20,000 nt of DNA. Origin: an uncultured virus (IMG/VR IMGVR_UViG_3300008120_000036) (Duplodnaviria > Heunggongvirae > Uroviricota > Caudoviricetes). Position numbers and translations under genes: made by a program. How positions within the stretch are numbered: position 1 is the stretch's first letter; every line of letters starts with the position of its first letter. The stretch lies in the IMG/VR virus record IMGVR_UViG_3300008120_000036; one strand, 5' to 3'. Under the pieces are notes generated by a model, which saw only the letters and a list, made by a program, of their open reading frames with translations, did no database searches and was not told where the DNA came from. Below, one piece after another: positions 1 to 8,690 of this stretch.

Positions 1-49
1 CAAGTCTTTCATCAAGAATTGACTGTTGCGCCTTTGTCCTCCGTGACAT
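1..49 (-). CDS. 5' end of a CDS running off the window (MSRRTKAQQSILDERL...)
   Basis: ATG at 49, just after the upstream stop (56-58); frame open to the window edge. Confidence 0.4.
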   Translation of the reverse strand, partial: MSRRTKAQQSILDERL

Positions 50-55
50 TATTTT

Positions 56-268
56 TTACAACGCCCATTTCCATAACCAAACGAGTACAGGAATTGTTGT
101 TAAGAAAATAGAAAGTCCAATAATTCTAAGCAATCCTGATTTTGCTCTGTACAAATCAGACTGGGCTAAACTAGCATTGACAAGAGATTGATAACCGTCT
201 TGTCCTAGTGTTGCTTCAACATGACCGTATGCTTTAGCGATTTCTTCAAACCTATCGTCTTTATCCAT
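56..268 (-). CDS. Hypothetical membrane protein
   Basis: 70-aa ORF, GGGAGAG RBS, C-terminal hydrophobic segment IIGLSIFLTTIPVLVWLW. Confidence 0.7.
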   Translation of the reverse strand: MDKDDRFEEIAKAYGHVEATLGQDGYQSLVNASLAQSDLYRAKSGLLRIIGLSIFLTTIPVLVWLWKWAL

Positions 269-289
269 TTTAATATCTCTCCCTAGTTA

Positions 290-754
290 TTAATCGTGAT
301 GGATTCTATTACGAGATTCCCTACCATGCAGTGCCATCTCAAATTGTAGTTGCTCTTCTGTCAACCGCCTACTACCTAATTCAGATGCCCTACGAGCCAT
401 TTCCATAAATGTCCTTAGTTCACCTGTTCTGAATTTATAGTGTGCAGACCCTTTGGTAATAGTGCCTTCACGCTCTGCCTTCTGCAATAGCATAGTCATT
501 TCTGAGGCTCTTGCAAAGTAGGCATCCGCTACTTCCATTAAAGTTAGATGACCAGCATCAATTGGAGGCTGGATACGCCCCATAAGTACATCTGTCATAT
601 CTTGAATTTCTTCAAGCATTACTGGGATAGACGGTACTCCTCTACCGATAGGTACTGCTCTTAGGAATCCTGTTGAGGATTGCTTATCATTTGTTGCACT
701 TGAAGATATGACTGGGCTTGTACGCACACGCCCTGATTCCCTGCGAACGGACAT
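290..754 (-). CDS. Hypothetical phage protein (start uncertain; frame open to 901)
   Basis: C-terminal helical, protein-like region; AGGAG precedes ATG 754 (and ATG 892); overlaps the upstream nuclease gene. Confidence 0.7.
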   Translation of the reverse strand: MSVRRESGRVRTSPVISSSATNDKQSSTGFLRAVPIGRGVPSIPVMLEEIQDMTDVLMGRIQPPIDAGHLTLMEVADAYFARASEMTMLLQKAEREGTITKGSAHYKFRTGELRTFMEMARRASELGSRRLTEEQLQFEMALHGRESRNRIHHD

Positions 755-1494
755 TGTTTCCACTCCTGACTGGTTCGTTTTTGGCATCCTTGTAACATTG
801 ATGGAAGAGTTTCTGTTTCCACCGCTTGATTTAATCTTTGTAGTTCCTCTTCTTGCTGTTTTAACCTTTTTGGTTCTGGTGTCACTACCCATTCTGTCCA
901 CTCCTGATTGTCTTTGTTTTCATATACCACTACGAATAAATCAAATCCACCGACTAGAAAATATCTGTGTATCTGATTAAGGTGTTCCTCTTTCAATCCA
1001 TCTTCAATGGCTTTGCGATAGACGAAAGAATTAGTTCCCTTTAATTCAAATCCAAATTCCAGACCACGCCAATCTGTACGAGGATGGTCTTCGGGTACTG
1101 TGCCAACACCATCCATAGTTCCACGACTGCGCTTTGCATCCCACTTTAGAGGTACTTCAATATCGTCAAGAATTTTTGCTTGTAATAAAGTTGCCTGCCA
1201 GCGTAAGTGCCTCCAAGTTCCATCATAGAAAATTTGTTGCAACTGTGGATTATTAACTGTTCCTGAATCAATTCCAATATAGTTAAAAATCTGCCTACGC
1301 TCACACATTCCTGCTGCGGATGACGAAAATGAACCTGAACGCTTACGAGGTTTTTTCTTTAGTTCAGTGTGAATCATATCCGTAACTTTTTTATCTAAAA
1401 TTAGATTAGGGTTTCTCATTAAGAATAACTGTAATCTAGGAGTTATTACCAAGTCAGAATTTTTAACTGCACGCAATAATTTATTTAGGCTCAC
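661..1494 (-). CDS. Cas4-like / PD-(D/E)XK exonuclease
   Basis: S-x4-C-x-R at the N-terminus, GTWRH, GTMDG...FELKG, QIHRY (QxxxY), three C-terminal Cys (possible Fe-S cluster); GTG start overlaps the upstream stop. Confidence 0.8.
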   Translation of the reverse strand: MSLNKLLRAVKNSDLVITPRLQLFLMRNPNLILDKKVTDMIHTELKKKPRKRSGSFSSSAAGMCERRQIFNYIGIDSGTVNNPQLQQIFYDGTWRHLRWQATLLQAKILDDIEVPLKWDAKRSRGTMDGVGTVPEDHPRTDWRGLEFGFELKGTNSFVYRKAIEDGLKEEHLNQIHRYFLVGGFDLFVVVYENKDNQEWTEWVVTPEPKRLKQQEEELQRLNQAVETETLPSMLQGCQKRTSQEWKQCPFAGNQGVCVQAQSYLQVQQMISNPQQDS

Positions 1495-1892
1495 TTAGGT
1501 CTTCTCCTTATGATGCATTCCACTGTTAATTCAGGGAATTGAATTAATAAGACTGCATCTTTGCTTTGTTTAATCGCATTTACATATATGCCATTGAGGT
1601 AACTAGCATTCATAGTGAATGATTTATTGGCATCTTTCACTTCAACCACCGCATCCTCATTACTTCCATCAAATTTAATCTTGCCAGCACCACTGTTAGG
1701 GTGTTGCCTTATTCCGAGTCTTTTGAGGATTTTCTTTTCACTTTTACGCCCTTTGATTTGAGGGGTGTCTGCTCTCCAAGGGAGTGCAATTCCATCACTC
1801 TGGTTTTCAGTGCTTCCATTAGTGTCGGGTCTTCCATCACTTTCTTCTTGAAATTCTCCCGACCCACTACTTTCGTGTCCTCGTATATCCAT
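1491..1892 (-). CDS. Putative Holliday junction resolvase (PD-(D/E)XK fold)
   Basis: G-x2-SE...NSGAG-x2-K-x-D...VEVK pattern typical of phage/archaeal-type resolvases; next to recA. Confidence 0.7.
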   Translation of the reverse strand: MDIRGHESSGSGEFQEESDGRPDTNGSTENQSDGIALPWRADTPQIKGRKSEKKILKRLGIRQHPNSGAGKIKFDGSNEDAVVEVKDANKSFTMNASYLNGIYVNAIKQSKDAVLLIQFPELTVECIIRRRPK

Positions 1893-2782
1893 GATTTACC
1901 TTCCTGTGTGATGAAACCTTCTTCTAATCCCATAGCAATGAGGAATCCTGCTTCATCTAATCCACCAGTTGTAAAATCCCAAGTGAAATAAATATCGCGG
2001 AATGGCTTACTGAGTTTTGACTTCTCTACTATTGCTTTGAATTTCTGTCCTACCTGTTCTTTGGATGCAACCCATTTTTCACCATCCCAAGATTGAGTAT
2101 CGTTAGTTACTTTGCCAACTTTCTTCATGTTGATTCGGTATGAGGCGTAGTAAGGCATTGCTTTACCACCTGGAATTGCCTCTGGATTACCGAAAGTAAT
2201 TCCCACATTTAATCTTGTTTGATTTATCCACATCATTGCTGTGCGTGAATTTGCTGCTGTGAGTTTACGCATTGCTTGTGACATAAGGCTTGCTAATCTT
2301 GCAGGTTGCATTGATTCATCATGCATACGCTTATTGCGCTCTGCTTGCGGTAATGATGCTGCAATTGAATCAAATATGATGAGGTCGCAATTGCCACGAA
2401 TTAATGCTTCTGCTGTATCCATAGCAAGTTCACCAGTTTCAGGATGCTGAACAATTAACTCATCAAGATTTACGCCAATTGATTTTGCCCATGATGGGTC
2501 AAATGAATGCTCCGTATCAATGATGGCGCATACGCCACCCTTCTTTTGTGTATTAGCAATTGCACTTAAACCTACATAAGATTTTAGTGTTGAGTAATCA
2601 CCATAGATTTCTATGAATCTTCCCCTAGGTAATCCACCTTGTAAAAGAATATCAATCGGTAAAACACCAGTCGGGAGATATTCCACTACTAGTGAATCAT
2701 CACTAGCCAGTTTTAATACATCACCCTTTAGTAAAGAGTTGATTTCTGCCATTAGATTTTTTGCTACTGATGTTGCGCTCAC
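1709..2782 (-). CDS. recA: RecA-family recombinase
   Basis: [25 protein letters not shown] (Walker B), ARL-x2-[19 protein letters not shown]-x2-YYAS; Walker A is atypical (GDYSTLKS). Confidence 0.93.
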   Translation of the reverse strand: MSATSVAKNLMAEINSLLKGDVLKLASDDSLVVEYLPTGVLPIDILLQGGLPRGRFIEIYGDYSTLKSYVGLSAIANTQKKGGVCAIIDTEHSFDPSWAKSIGVNLDELIVQHPETGELAMDTAEALIRGNCDLIIFDSIAASLPQAERNKRMHDESMQPARLASLMSQAMRKLTAANSRTAMMWINQTRLNVGITFGNPEAIPGGKAMPYYASYRINMKKVGKVTNDTQSWDGEKWVASKEQVGQKFKAIVEKSKLSKPFRDIYFTWDFTTGGLDEAGFLIAMGLEEGFITQEGKSWIYEDTKVVGRENFKKKVMEDPTLMEALKTRVMELHSLGEQTPLKSKGVKVKRKSSKDSE

Positions 2783-3747
2783 TTGCTCTCCTTTGTTAGT
2801 GACTTTAATATTCTGCGCTTTGCAAGTTCTGTATATTCAGGATTTAATTCAATGCCTATAAATTTTCTGCCATGCCGTAACGCTACTACTCCAGTAGTTC
2901 CACTACCTGCGAATGGGTCTAATACTGTATCGCCAACCTCAGAACCTGCAAGGATGCAGGGTTCAGCAACACCTTCAGGCATGACTGCAAAATGTGCTCC
3001 TTTGAATGGTTTAGTTGTAATACTCCAAACTGAACGCTTGTTTTTCTTTTCATAAGATTTAGTTAGTCCAGTATGCGGTGATAGTCCAGTGCCTTTATTG
3101 TGATACTTACCGTTAGTTCTATCCCTAGTTCCCCAATCTTGTGCAGGCTCTTTTATTGCTTCATTGTCATAAAAATATCTATCATTCTTTGCAAGTAAAA
3201 AGATATATTCATGAGATTTAGTGCATCTATCCCGAACAGATTCGGGCATTGGATTTGGCTTATGCCAAATTATGTCTTGTCGGAGATACCAACCATCTTG
3301 CTGTAATGCGAACGCTACTCGCCAAGGAATACCAACCAAGTCTTTATGTTTAATATTAGCCTGCTTTAATATTGCAGGATTTCTATTAGATGCACTCGGT
3401 ACTGCTGTTCCTTTATTTCCATTTCTTAAAGTATCGGGTACGGCTTTACTATCACGCATTGATGCATATGAATCGCCAAGATTTAACCAAACAGTTCCAT
3501 CATCAGCAAGTACTCGTTTTATTTCACGAAATACTTCTACGATAGATGTTACATAGTCATCAGGAGATTGTTCTAAACCAATTTGTGTTTCAATACCATA
3601 ATCCCTTAAACCCCAGTATGGAGGAGATGTAATGCAAGTTCTAATTGAACCTGCTGGCATTTGACTTAGTATTTTGCGACAGTCACCAGTATGTAAATTA
3701 AAATTTGAGTTGCGTTTTAATTTAACGGTGATTAGTCGTTTAGTCAT
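2779..3747 (-). CDS. Orphan DNA methyltransferase, beta class (N4-C/N6-A)
   Basis: TSPPY (motif IV) precedes [11 protein letters not shown] (motif I); [25 protein letters not shown]. Confidence 0.92.
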   Translation of the reverse strand: MTKRLITVKLKRNSNFNLHTGDCRKILSQMPAGSIRTCITSPPYWGLRDYGIETQIGLEQSPDDYVTSIVEVFREIKRVLADDGTVWLNLGDSYASMRDSKAVPDTLRNGNKGTAVPSASNRNPAILKQANIKHKDLVGIPWRVAFALQQDGWYLRQDIIWHKPNPMPESVRDRCTKSHEYIFLLAKNDRYFYDNEAIKEPAQDWGTRDRTNGKYHNKGTGLSPHTGLTKSYEKKNKRSVWSITTKPFKGAHFAVMPEGVAEPCILAGSEVGDTVLDPFAGSGTTGVVALRHGRKFIGIELNPEYTELAKRRILKSLTKESK

Positions 3748-4018
3748 TCTTAATAATACCTAGCCTTTTCGCTTCGTTGGGATTTGCATAAGCATTGCCA
3801 ACACTGAAACCAAACAATAGTGCCTGTCTGAGTACCATGTCAAATAGTTCCAAATTGAGCATTTCTGCGACTGAATCACCCTGTGTAAATTGATGCACTT
3901 TGTCTGAGTATCGTATTGTGTGGTCTTGCGCCCACATAATCAATTCAATATCCCTAACCACTGGATGAGTTCCCGACAATACGGCTTTTGTAACATCTTC
4001 TAATTTAGCGATATCCAT
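3740..4018 (-). CDS. Hypothetical protein
   Basis: 92-aa ORF filling the gap between dnaE and the methyltransferase. Confidence 0.7.
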   Translation of the reverse strand: MDIAKLEDVTKAVLSGTHPVVRDIELIMWAQDHTIRYSDKVHQFTQGDSVAEMLNLELFDMVLRQALLFGFSVGNAYANPNEAKRLGIIKND

Positions 4019-4022
4019 GTTG

Positions 4023-6716
4023 TTATTTACTTTCTATTAGAGATTTGAATGCGCCAGCACCATCTAACTTTGCCAGCACACCATTGAGTTTTTTATCTTT
4101 TAGATATGTCTTTCCACCAGTAACAGCGCGTGGGTCACATTTTGTAATCAAGTCTGCAATGGAATCGTATGGAGCATTTGATGCAATTGAATCTGCTGCG
4201 GATACTCCAACACCCTTGATTGAAACTAGACCACGCCTAATCGCTTTGTATTTACGGTCAAGTGTCCATGATGCTCCACTAATGTTTACATCAGGTGGCA
4301 ATATGCGTATTCCCATTCTTCGGGCTTCTCTCACATATAACGCTTCCTTATCTGAACCAGCCCATGACTGCAATAACGCTGTCATAAACTCCAGTGGATA
4401 GTGTGCTTTCAAATATGCACACCGATATGAACGCAATCCATAACCAGTAGCATGAGCACGATTGAATCCGTATGAAACGAATCCTGCTGTTGAATCCCAT
4501 GCTTTCTGAATATCTTTACTAGCAATACCAGCACTTAAACAGAGTTCACCAAATTCTTTACGAACTTTTAGTAAACGCTTTTCATTTGCATCAACTGCTC
4601 CTGCACCCGAAGATTTAACAATCTTGAAGAATATATTTACGCCATCAATACCCATTCCAAGACCTCTCATAATATTGATAACTTGTTCTTGGAATATAAC
4701 TGCGCCATAAGTATCCTTCAACGCTTTTTCAAATGCATCATGGATATATTTCACTCTTGCACGCGCATCAGGATTTCTACGGCGTTCAAGATATAACTCA
4801 GTTTGTCCAGTGTTCATTGCACCTGGCATAAAGAGTCCAGTTGCTAACACTGCATCCTTTGTTGTTTTAATTCCCATGCTTTTTCCACCTTTGGCTTTTG
4901 TATAACCTTCAAAATGGAATATGCCATTATCAGTTCTGCCCTCTCTAAGAATCTTGCACGCTGCTGCATCATCTTCAGGAATCCAAGAAAAGTCTGTTGG
5001 GTTTTCTCTCCCAATCATGGCTTGGCAATTACGCATTACTGTTAATGTTGTTTGACCTAAGATATCCAGTTTTAGATATCCCAACTTCTCCACATCATCC
5101 ATATCAAATTGACTTACTTCAGTATTAGAAGATGCAACGAGCATTTTTGGTACATAGGATTCAATCTTTTGTTCACTGCCACTAATCAAGACACCACCAG
5201 CATGAACACCATATGAGCGCAATACACCACCCATTTCTGCAATGCGAACTAATCCTTTGTAATCTTTTGGATTAAGTTTTTTCACATCCTCAATGGTTTG
5301 AATATTGGCATACATCTTGGCGCGTTCATCTTTGTCGGTGACTTGCTTACTTAGATAAGACTTGTAAGAAACCATGACAGAGCCTTTACCATCTTCACGC
5401 GAACCTAACTTTGCCCATGTGCCGATACGAAGAGTGTCAAATGTTCTTTCAAGATATCCCACTAATCGTTCACGCGATATATCTTCAATATCCATATCAA
5501 TATCAGGCGGTGTAACTCTGTCGCGTGATAAGAAACGGTCAAATAACAATCCCCATCTAACAGGGTCAACCTGAGTAATACCTAGCAAGTAGCAGACTAG
5601 TGAACCATTCGCTGAACCACGCGCTTCAATACATATCTGCTTTTCATTACACCACTGCACATAGTTATAGACGAGCATAAAATAGCCAGCCATTCCTAAG
5701 TCGCGGATGATATCTAATTCATATGAAAGGCGTTCTTCATATTGATTACGATTACGAACTTGCATATCGGCGAGCGCATCAAGACATAACTGCTCAACTT
5801 CTTTTTGTGGATTCTTTACCAATGCAGGAATTTGAGCCTTGTACTTATCTAATGCAGGTATGGATAACTTATTTAGATTTAATAAATGTAATGCGCCTTC
5901 TTCTGCACGATTCCATACTGCATCTTCATAATGGTCTGCAACCCACTCAGTTGTCGCAACATGAAATGAATCTCCTGGAAATTCATCCTCTGCACCACCA
6001 TAAACCATACGCTTCATCAATGCATGAGCGTGTTTATCTGATTCATGTAAGTAATGGCTATCTTGCGTAACCATAATCGGCAGACCTGTTGTATCCGCAA
6101 TTGATACTAGAGCATTCACAATGTCATCATCAGTTTGTGGATGCGCTTCATTATCTTGGTCATGACATATTGAGTGATTCTGTATTTCTACGAATGTGTG
6201 TGGAAACCATTTGGCATACATCTTTACGAGATTTTCTGCCTTCTTGATTCCATCAGTAACTAAACCTTGTTGCACTAGACCGAAATAGCAACCAGTAAGG
6301 AGTGCTATGTCATCACCTGCCAAATCAGATAATTCTGCTAAGTCAGTTAATTGCAACCTAGGGAATCGGTTAAACCTCGGTCTAGTGTGGCTTGTACTTA
6401 CGGCTTTAATCAACGCTTGATATCCATTGAAGTTAAGAGCGTGTAATCCAACATGGTAACGCTTTGCATTCTTATCTTCTAGATTTGCGCGTGGGTCAAG
6501 AATGTATGCCTCCACACCAGTAAACGGAACTATCCCATGCTTCTTTGCATTTAGATATAACTGCACTGCACTTGCCATATTGCCATGTTCAGTTAATCCG
6601 AGTGCTGGCTGTCCTTCCTTGGCAACTTTTTCAACCATATCTGCAACAGGTGACATTCCATCTAGCACTGAGAATGCTGAGTGTGTATGTGCTGACCACC
6701 AATTTGATTTCTTCAT
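4023..6716 (-). CDS. dnaE: DNA polymerase III alpha subunit (phage DnaE)
   Basis: PHP motifs HTHS-x-FS-x-LDG, TEHGNM, DSHY; RGSA, FDRFL, PDIDMD, HAGGV, KLDILG, FQEQV, YGFNRAHA, YLKAHYP; HhH GLVSIKGVG. Confidence 0.96.
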   Translation of the reverse strand: MKKSNWWSAHTHSAFSVLDGMSPVADMVEKVAKEGQPALGLTEHGNMASAVQLYLNAKKHGIVPFTGVEAYILDPRANLEDKNAKRYHVGLHALNFNGYQALIKAVSTSHTRPRFNRFPRLQLTDLAELSDLAGDDIALLTGCYFGLVQQGLVTDGIKKAENLVKMYAKWFPHTFVEIQNHSICHDQDNEAHPQTDDDIVNALVSIADTTGLPIMVTQDSHYLHESDKHAHALMKRMVYGGAEDEFPGDSFHVATTEWVADHYEDAVWNRAEEGALHLLNLNKLSIPALDKYKAQIPALVKNPQKEVEQLCLDALADMQVRNRNQYEERLSYELDIIRDLGMAGYFMLVYNYVQWCNEKQICIEARGSANGSLVCYLLGITQVDPVRWGLLFDRFLSRDRVTPPDIDMDIEDISRERLVGYLERTFDTLRIGTWAKLGSREDGKGSVMVSYKSYLSKQVTDKDERAKMYANIQTIEDVKKLNPKDYKGLVRIAEMGGVLRSYGVHAGGVLISGSEQKIESYVPKMLVASSNTEVSQFDMDDVEKLGYLKLDILGQTTLTVMRNCQAMIGRENPTDFSWIPEDDAAACKILREGRTDNGIFHFEGYTKAKGGKSMGIKTTKDAVLATGLFMPGAMNTGQTELYLERRRNPDARARVKYIHDAFEKALKDTYGAVIFQEQVINIMRGLGMGIDGVNIFFKIVKSSGAGAVDANEKRLLKVRKEFGELCLSAGIASKDIQKAWDSTAGFVSYGFNRAHATGYGLRSYRCAYLKAHYPLEFMTALLQSWAGSDKEALYVREARRMGIRILPPDVNISGASWTLDRKYKAIRRGLVSIKGVGVSAADSIASNAPYDSIADLITKCDPRAVTGGKTYLKDKKLNGVLAKLDGAGAFKSLIESK

Positions 6717-7153
6717 TTCACCACCTCATCTTCTTCATAAGGTCTTTGTACTGCACCAACATAATCGGCAACACTATCAACCTTCCTACCTTCTTTCCAA
6801 GTAAATGGAGTGCTCTGTCCTTCAGGCAATATCCATAAGTGATATTGATTAGCACCATCAACTAGTGAACTTTCAGGAGGAAAGATTTCTAAACCTTCTC
6901 TTTCCGCACCTGCTAATTCATTTTTGATTCTTTGAAAGTGTCGCCAATCTCTAATTGCTTTCCTGTCATTACGGCGAATTGATAACCATAATGCGCCAGT
7001 GAGTCCAACATCAGGTTGCAGTACTTTGAGTAACACATGAAACAATCCATTTGCATAAAGTGTTTCATTTTCATCAAGTGGCTGTTCTTCACCAGTTACG
7101 GAGTTGAACGCCTCTTTTGTTTCAGTCCACTTTGTCCATTGTGGGTTTGGCAT
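6713..7153 (-). CDS. Conserved hypothetical phage protein
   Basis: WLSIRR-x-D...DWRHFQRIKNEL...E-x-FP-x-ES-x-LVD-x-ANQYHLW, a pattern I recall from phage proteins; strong RBS AAGGAGG. Confidence 0.8.
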   Translation of the reverse strand: MPNPQWTKWTETKEAFNSVTGEEQPLDENETLYANGLFHVLLKVLQPDVGLTGALWLSIRRNDRKAIRDWRHFQRIKNELAGAEREGLEIFPPESSLVDGANQYHLWILPEGQSTPFTWKEGRKVDSVADYVGAVQRPYEEDEVVK

Positions 7154-7179
7154 ATATAACCTCCTTGGTTATTTGTTGA

Positions 7180-8040
7180 TTATGGTTTTGTATATGAAAC
7201 GGTGCATCCAAGATTCCTGCTTGTCTGCGTTCCTCCGTTATATGTGTATTCAGTTCTGCATAATGCATCACCCGAAATACTTTCAACAACATAGTTCCAA
7301 CTCTTACCGCCGACACATCCTGCATCAGCATCACCTACACCACCTGCAACTACTCCACCATCTGTAGGACAAGCACTACCTCTTGCACTTGGTGCTGTTA
7401 TCTGTGGCGCAATAACTTGTGGCACAAAAACAGGCTCAGGTGTCGGTGTTGGAGTAGGTGTCGGTGTAGGCGTTGGGGTCGGTTCAGGGGTCGGGGTACT
7501 GGTCGGGGCAGGGGTTGGGCTAGATTCAGCCTGCCCATTTAAGGGGCTGGNNNNNNNNNNNNNNNNNNNNNNNNNNNNNNNNNNNNNNNNNNNNNNNNNN
7601 NNNNNNNNNNNNNNNNNNNNNNNNNNNNNNNNNNNNGGGCTATTAGACGGACTTTCAGGGGTGGGGGTAGGTGTAGGGGTGGGGTCAAGCGTGGGGCTAG
7701 GGGTCGCTGTAGGGGTAGGGGTAGGGGTCGGTTCAGTCTGAGTACTTGCAGTTGAAGTATCTGATTCAGTCACGCTAGTTGAAGTATCACTCAGTGATGC
7801 TGTCACTGTACTTGTATCTGATGTTGTGAGTAGCGTTGAAGTTTGACTTTCAAATATCAATACGCGGTCTTCAACAAATGGTTCTTCCTCTAACATTGTT
7901 TCTTCAACTGGAATTGGTTCACCAAAAATATCTGTGTCAGCAAATATTCCTGTTGAGTACATGATGATTGATTGTGCTGGTGTTGGCGCGATAAATAAAA
8001 GTACTACAAACGCTAACACGAATTTAACTTTTCGTTTCAT
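7180..8040 (-). CDS. Secreted/surface Ser-Thr-Pro-rich protein with PT repeats and a small Cys-containing C-terminal domain
   Basis: Signal peptide MKRKVKFVLAFVVLLFIAPTPAQS; GGAG RBS before ATG 8040; frame across the N gap (7551-7636) unverified. Confidence 0.7.
   Translation of the reverse strand: MKRKVKFVLAFVVLLFIAPTPAQSIIMYSTGIFADTDIFGEPIPVEETMLEEEPFVEDRVLIFESQTSTLLTTSDTSTVTASLSDTSTSVTESDTSTASTQTEPTPTPTPTATPSPTLDPTPTPTPTPESPSNSXXXXXXXXXXXXXXXXXXXXXXXXXXXXXXSPLNGQAESSPTPAPTSTPTPEPTPTPTPTPTPTPTPEPVFVPQVIAPQITAPSARGSACPTDGGVVAGGVGDADAGCVGGKSWNYVVESISGDALCRTEYTYNGGTQTSRNLGCTVSYTKP
7434..7740 (-). repeat. Pro-Thr coding tandem repeats flanking an assembly gap
   Basis: Degenerate 6-nt repeats (ggggta/ggtgtc) on both sides of an 86-N gap. 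Confidence 0.8.
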
Positions 8041-8149
8041 TATTATCTCCATCTTCTTGTGGGTCTTGTGATTCTTCATATATCTTTATTAAGTCATCAA
8101 GCATTGGCTTAGGTGTTTCAAATGGCAATTCATCTTGTATCACCATCAT
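8024..8149 (-). CDS. Small acidic hypothetical protein (41 aa, not in ORF track)
   Basis: ATG overlaps the upstream TGA; MMVIQDELPFETPKPMLDDLIKIYEESQDPQEDGDNNETKS. Confidence 0.5.
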   Translation of the reverse strand: MMVIQDELPFETPKPMLDDLIKIYEESQDPQEDGDNNETKS

Positions 8150-8367
8150 GATGCACGCACCGAGCATTCAAGGCAGGTATATCCGTAAAGATTGTTTGCA
8201 TACAACTGTACGAACATATCTGTTCTGTTATAGAGGTATCCGCATTCATGACAGAACTTTTGATTATGATTCTGTAAATAGGAAGTTATTTGCGAGCGCG
8301 AAAGTGAATCTACATGAACACGCTTTTTTGTTTTGATTACATTCCATATATTAATTTCTTCATCCAT
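8146..8367 (-). CDS. Small zinc-finger-like protein
   Basis: CHEC...CLEC; AAGGAG RBS. Confidence 0.7.
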   Translation of the reverse strand: MDEEINIWNVIKTKKRVHVDSLSRSQITSYLQNHNQKFCHECGYLYNRTDMFVQLYANNLYGYTCLECSVRAS

Positions 8368-8402
8368 GATTGCTCCTTAATTTATATTTATGTTATTAAA
8401 GT

Positions 8403-8454
8403 GAACAGTTCCGCACTAGACCAAGGAGGTGTATTTACTAGTACGGAACTGCTC
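8403..8454 (-). ncRNA. 17-bp hairpin with an anti-Shine-Dalgarno loop (candidate antisense sRNA domain)
   Basis: GAGCAGUUCCGUACUAG / CUAGUGCGGAACUGUUC; both non-WC pairs are G-U on the minus strand; loop UAAAUACACCUCCUUGGU. Confidence 0.6.
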
Positions 8455-8459
8455 TATAT

Positions 8460-8688
8460 ACCGTGTTCGCAGTTGGCGGTAAAACCCAACTAAGAAGTGA
8501 CACAGCCCCAATACTCCATATCGTCTTTTTTACTATATGAACAGGAAGGGATTGAACCATCCACATAGCAATGGAGTAGTTGTGTCCTGCGAAGTGATGA
8601 ATGACTACTGGCTACAACACAATGGGGTTTGTGGAGCGAACTTGTAGTCCTCACCACACTTAACCTAACCATGACGGATAGTTAGGTG
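8460..8688 (-). ncRNA. Candidate multi-helix structured RNA with a T-loop and possible pseudoknot
   Basis: Nested helices found by eye (see findings); no credible ORF. Confidence 0.55.
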
Positions 8689-8690
8689 TC

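Noticed and set aside
661..1494. CRISPR-Cas system implied by the Cas4-like gene
   Set aside because: No repeat-spacer array or other cas genes; solo Cas4-like nucleases are common in phage replication modules
2779..3747. Restriction-modification system
   Set aside because: No cognate endonuclease is evident; nearby nucleases look like recombination enzymes
7551..7636. Run of Ns
   Set aside because: Assembly gap in repetitive PT-coding DNA, not a biological feature
8530..8600. tRNA gene suggested by GGTTCAATCC
   Set aside because: No D arm, anticodon arm or acceptor stem at tRNA spacing
8490..8672. 60-aa minus-strand ORF
   Set aside because: ATG is buried in a hairpin with no RBS; region is better explained as structured RNA
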